Source of the DNA: Nymphaea colorata
Lineage: Eukaryota
NCBI RefSeq assembly: GCF_008831285.2
Contig: NC_045138.2
Coordinates: 33,418,001-33,482,000, forward strand
Direction of reading: 5' to 3'
Length of the DNA: 64,000 nt
The translations under genes and the position numbers were made by a program. The notes beneath the pieces were generated by a model. It was not told the origin of the DNA. It worked only from the letters and a program-made list of their open reading frames with translations, and ran no database searches. Below are positions 62,001 through 64,000 of this stretch, piece by piece (the stretch's first letter is position 1; each line of letters begins with the position of its first letter).

Positions 62001-64000
62001 AGGTCTCACCTGATCTGGTCTGGGATGTTGGATGCAAGATATTCAATATATATATGATACGGATTAGAGGTCTCATCCAATCCGGTTTGGGATGTTGGAT
62101 TTGGGATTTCGAAAAAATGGTCAAGATCAGAGGTCTCACCTGATCCGGTTTGAGATGTTGGACTCAAGATTTTGGATATAAATATGATGCAAGATTTTGA
62201 ACAACCAGCTAAAACATAGATCTTACCTTATGAAATGGAATTTGGGATTCAATCCTAAGATTTAAAATAGAAGTCTGATTTTAAATGGTCTAGGAGGTTG
62301 GATTTTAAACTTATATATATGATACGGATTAGAGGTCTCATCCAATCCGGTTTGGGATGTTGCATTTGGGATTTCGACCAATGGTCAAGATCAGAGGTCT
62401 CACCTGAGCTGGTCTACGATGTTGGATTCAAGACTTTCAATATATATATGATACGGATTAGAGGTCTCATCCAATCCGGTTTGGGATGTTGGATTTGGGA
62501 TTTCGAAAAAATGGTCAAGGTCAGAGGTCTCACCTGATTCGGTCTGGGATGTTGGACTAAAGAGTTTGGATATATATATGATACGGATTAGAGGTCTCAT
62601 CCAATCCGGTTTGGGATGTTGGATTTGGGATTTCGAAAAAATGGTCAAGCATGTTGGATTTGGCATTTCGAAAAAATGGTCAAGATCAAAGGTCTCACCT
62701 GATCCGGTCTGGGATGTTGGACTCAAGATTTTGGATATATATATGATACGGATTAGAGGTCTCATCCAATCCGGTTTGGGATGTTGGATTTGGGATTTCA
62801 AAAAAATGGTCAAGATCAGAGGTCTCACCTGATCCGGTCTGGGATGTTGGACTCAAGATTTTGAACAACCAGCTAGAACATAGATCTCACCTTATCAAAT
62901 CGAATTTGGGGTTCCATCCTAAGAATTAAAATAGAAGTCTGATTTTAAATGGTCTAGGACGTTGGATTTTAAACTTATATATATGATACGGATTAGAGGT
63001 CTCATCCAATCCGGTTTGAGATGTTGCATTTGGGATTTCGACCAATGGTCAAGATCAGTGGTCTCACCTGATCTGGTCTGGGATGTTGGATGCAAGATAT
63101 TCAATATATATATGATACGGATTAGAGGTCTCATCCAATCCGGTTTGGGATGTTGGATTTGGGATTTCGAAAAAATGGTCAAGATCAGAGGTCTCACCTG
63201 ATCCGGTCTGGGATGTTGGACTCAAGATTTTGGATATATATATGATGCAAGATTTTGAACAACCAGCTAGAACATAGATCTCACCTTATCAAATGGAATT
63301 TGGGATTCCATCCTAAGATTTAAAATAGAAGTCTGATTTTAAATGGTCTAGGACGTTGGATTTTAAACTTATATATATGATACGGATTAGAGGTCTCATC
63401 CAATCCGGTTTGGGATGTTGCATTTGGGATTTCGACCAATGGTCAAGATCAGAGGTCTCACCTGATCTGGTCTACGATGTTGGATTCAAGACTTTCAATA
63501 TATATATGATACGGATTAGAGGTCTCATCCAATCCGGTTTGGGATGTTGGATTTGGGATTTCGAAAAAATGGTCAAGGTCAGAGGTCTCACCTGATTCGG
63601 TCTGGGATGTTGGACTCAAGATTTTGGATATATATAAGATACGGATTACAGGTCTCATCCAATCCGGTTTGGGATGTTGGATTTGGGATTTCGAAAAAAT
63701 GGTCAAGATCAGAGTTCTCACCTGATCCGGTCTGAGATGTTGGACTCAAGATTTTGGATATATATATGATACGGATTAGAGGTCTCATCCAATCCGGTTT
63801 GGGATGTTGGATTTGGGATTTCGAAAAAATGGTCAAGATCAGAGGTCTCACCTGATCCGGTATGGGATGCTGAACTCAAGATTTTGAACAACCAGCTAGA
63901 ACATAGATCTCACCTTATCAAATGGAATTTGGGATTCCATCTTAAGAATTAAAATAGAAGTCTGATTTTAAATGGTCTAGGACGTTGGATTTTAAACTTA
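59088..64000. repeat. Complex satellite: 130-bp subunits inside variable higher-order units, runs off the right edge
   Basis: The anchor gaatttgggattccatcctaaga recurs at about 60452, 60951, 61344, 61843, 62237, 62901, 63295 and 63924 (spacings 499, 393, 499, 394, 664, 394, 629). The internal 129-130-bp subunit consists of two related ~65-bp halves. An isolated copy lies at about 59088-59560, followed by degenerate sequence to about 60450. Confidence 0.97.

Noticed and set aside
58914..63851. Many recurring 60-140-aa ORFs (MRPLILTIFSKSQIQHPKPDW..., MDFKLIYMIRIRG...)
   Set aside because: They are translations of the satellite on both strands, with no recognisable domain.
59088..64000. CRISPR-like look of regularly spaced palindromic repeats
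   Set aside because: The intervening sequences are themselves repeated rather than unique spacers, there are no cas genes, and the context is eukaryotic.

Overview
Plant (angiosperm) nuclear DNA; the species cannot be determined from sequence alone. A receptor-kinase cluster of about 38 kb (15.8-53.6 kb, almost all on the minus strand) lies between two related tandem-repeat arrays (1-10.2 kb and 59.1-64 kb). The cluster contains: (1) a G-type lectin S-domain (SD1) receptor kinase pseudogene; (2) three apparently intact 7-exon genes in which a CEBiP/LYM2-type triple-LysM ectodomain, lacking the usual C-terminal Cys-rich region and GPI tail, is spliced to a transmembrane exon and an SD1-type RD kinase with the same intron pattern as the neighbouring pseudogene; (3) a dead, internally inverted duplicate of the LysM exon inside intron 1 of the first LysM gene; (4) a fifth, shattered and partly inverted kinase remnant. 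Gypsy gag and Copia pol remnants, a probable solo LTR and several small repeats are also present. The main finding is the locally expanded LysM-SD1 chimeric receptor family. All exon models were read by hand from splice signals and reading frame, without transcript evidence.
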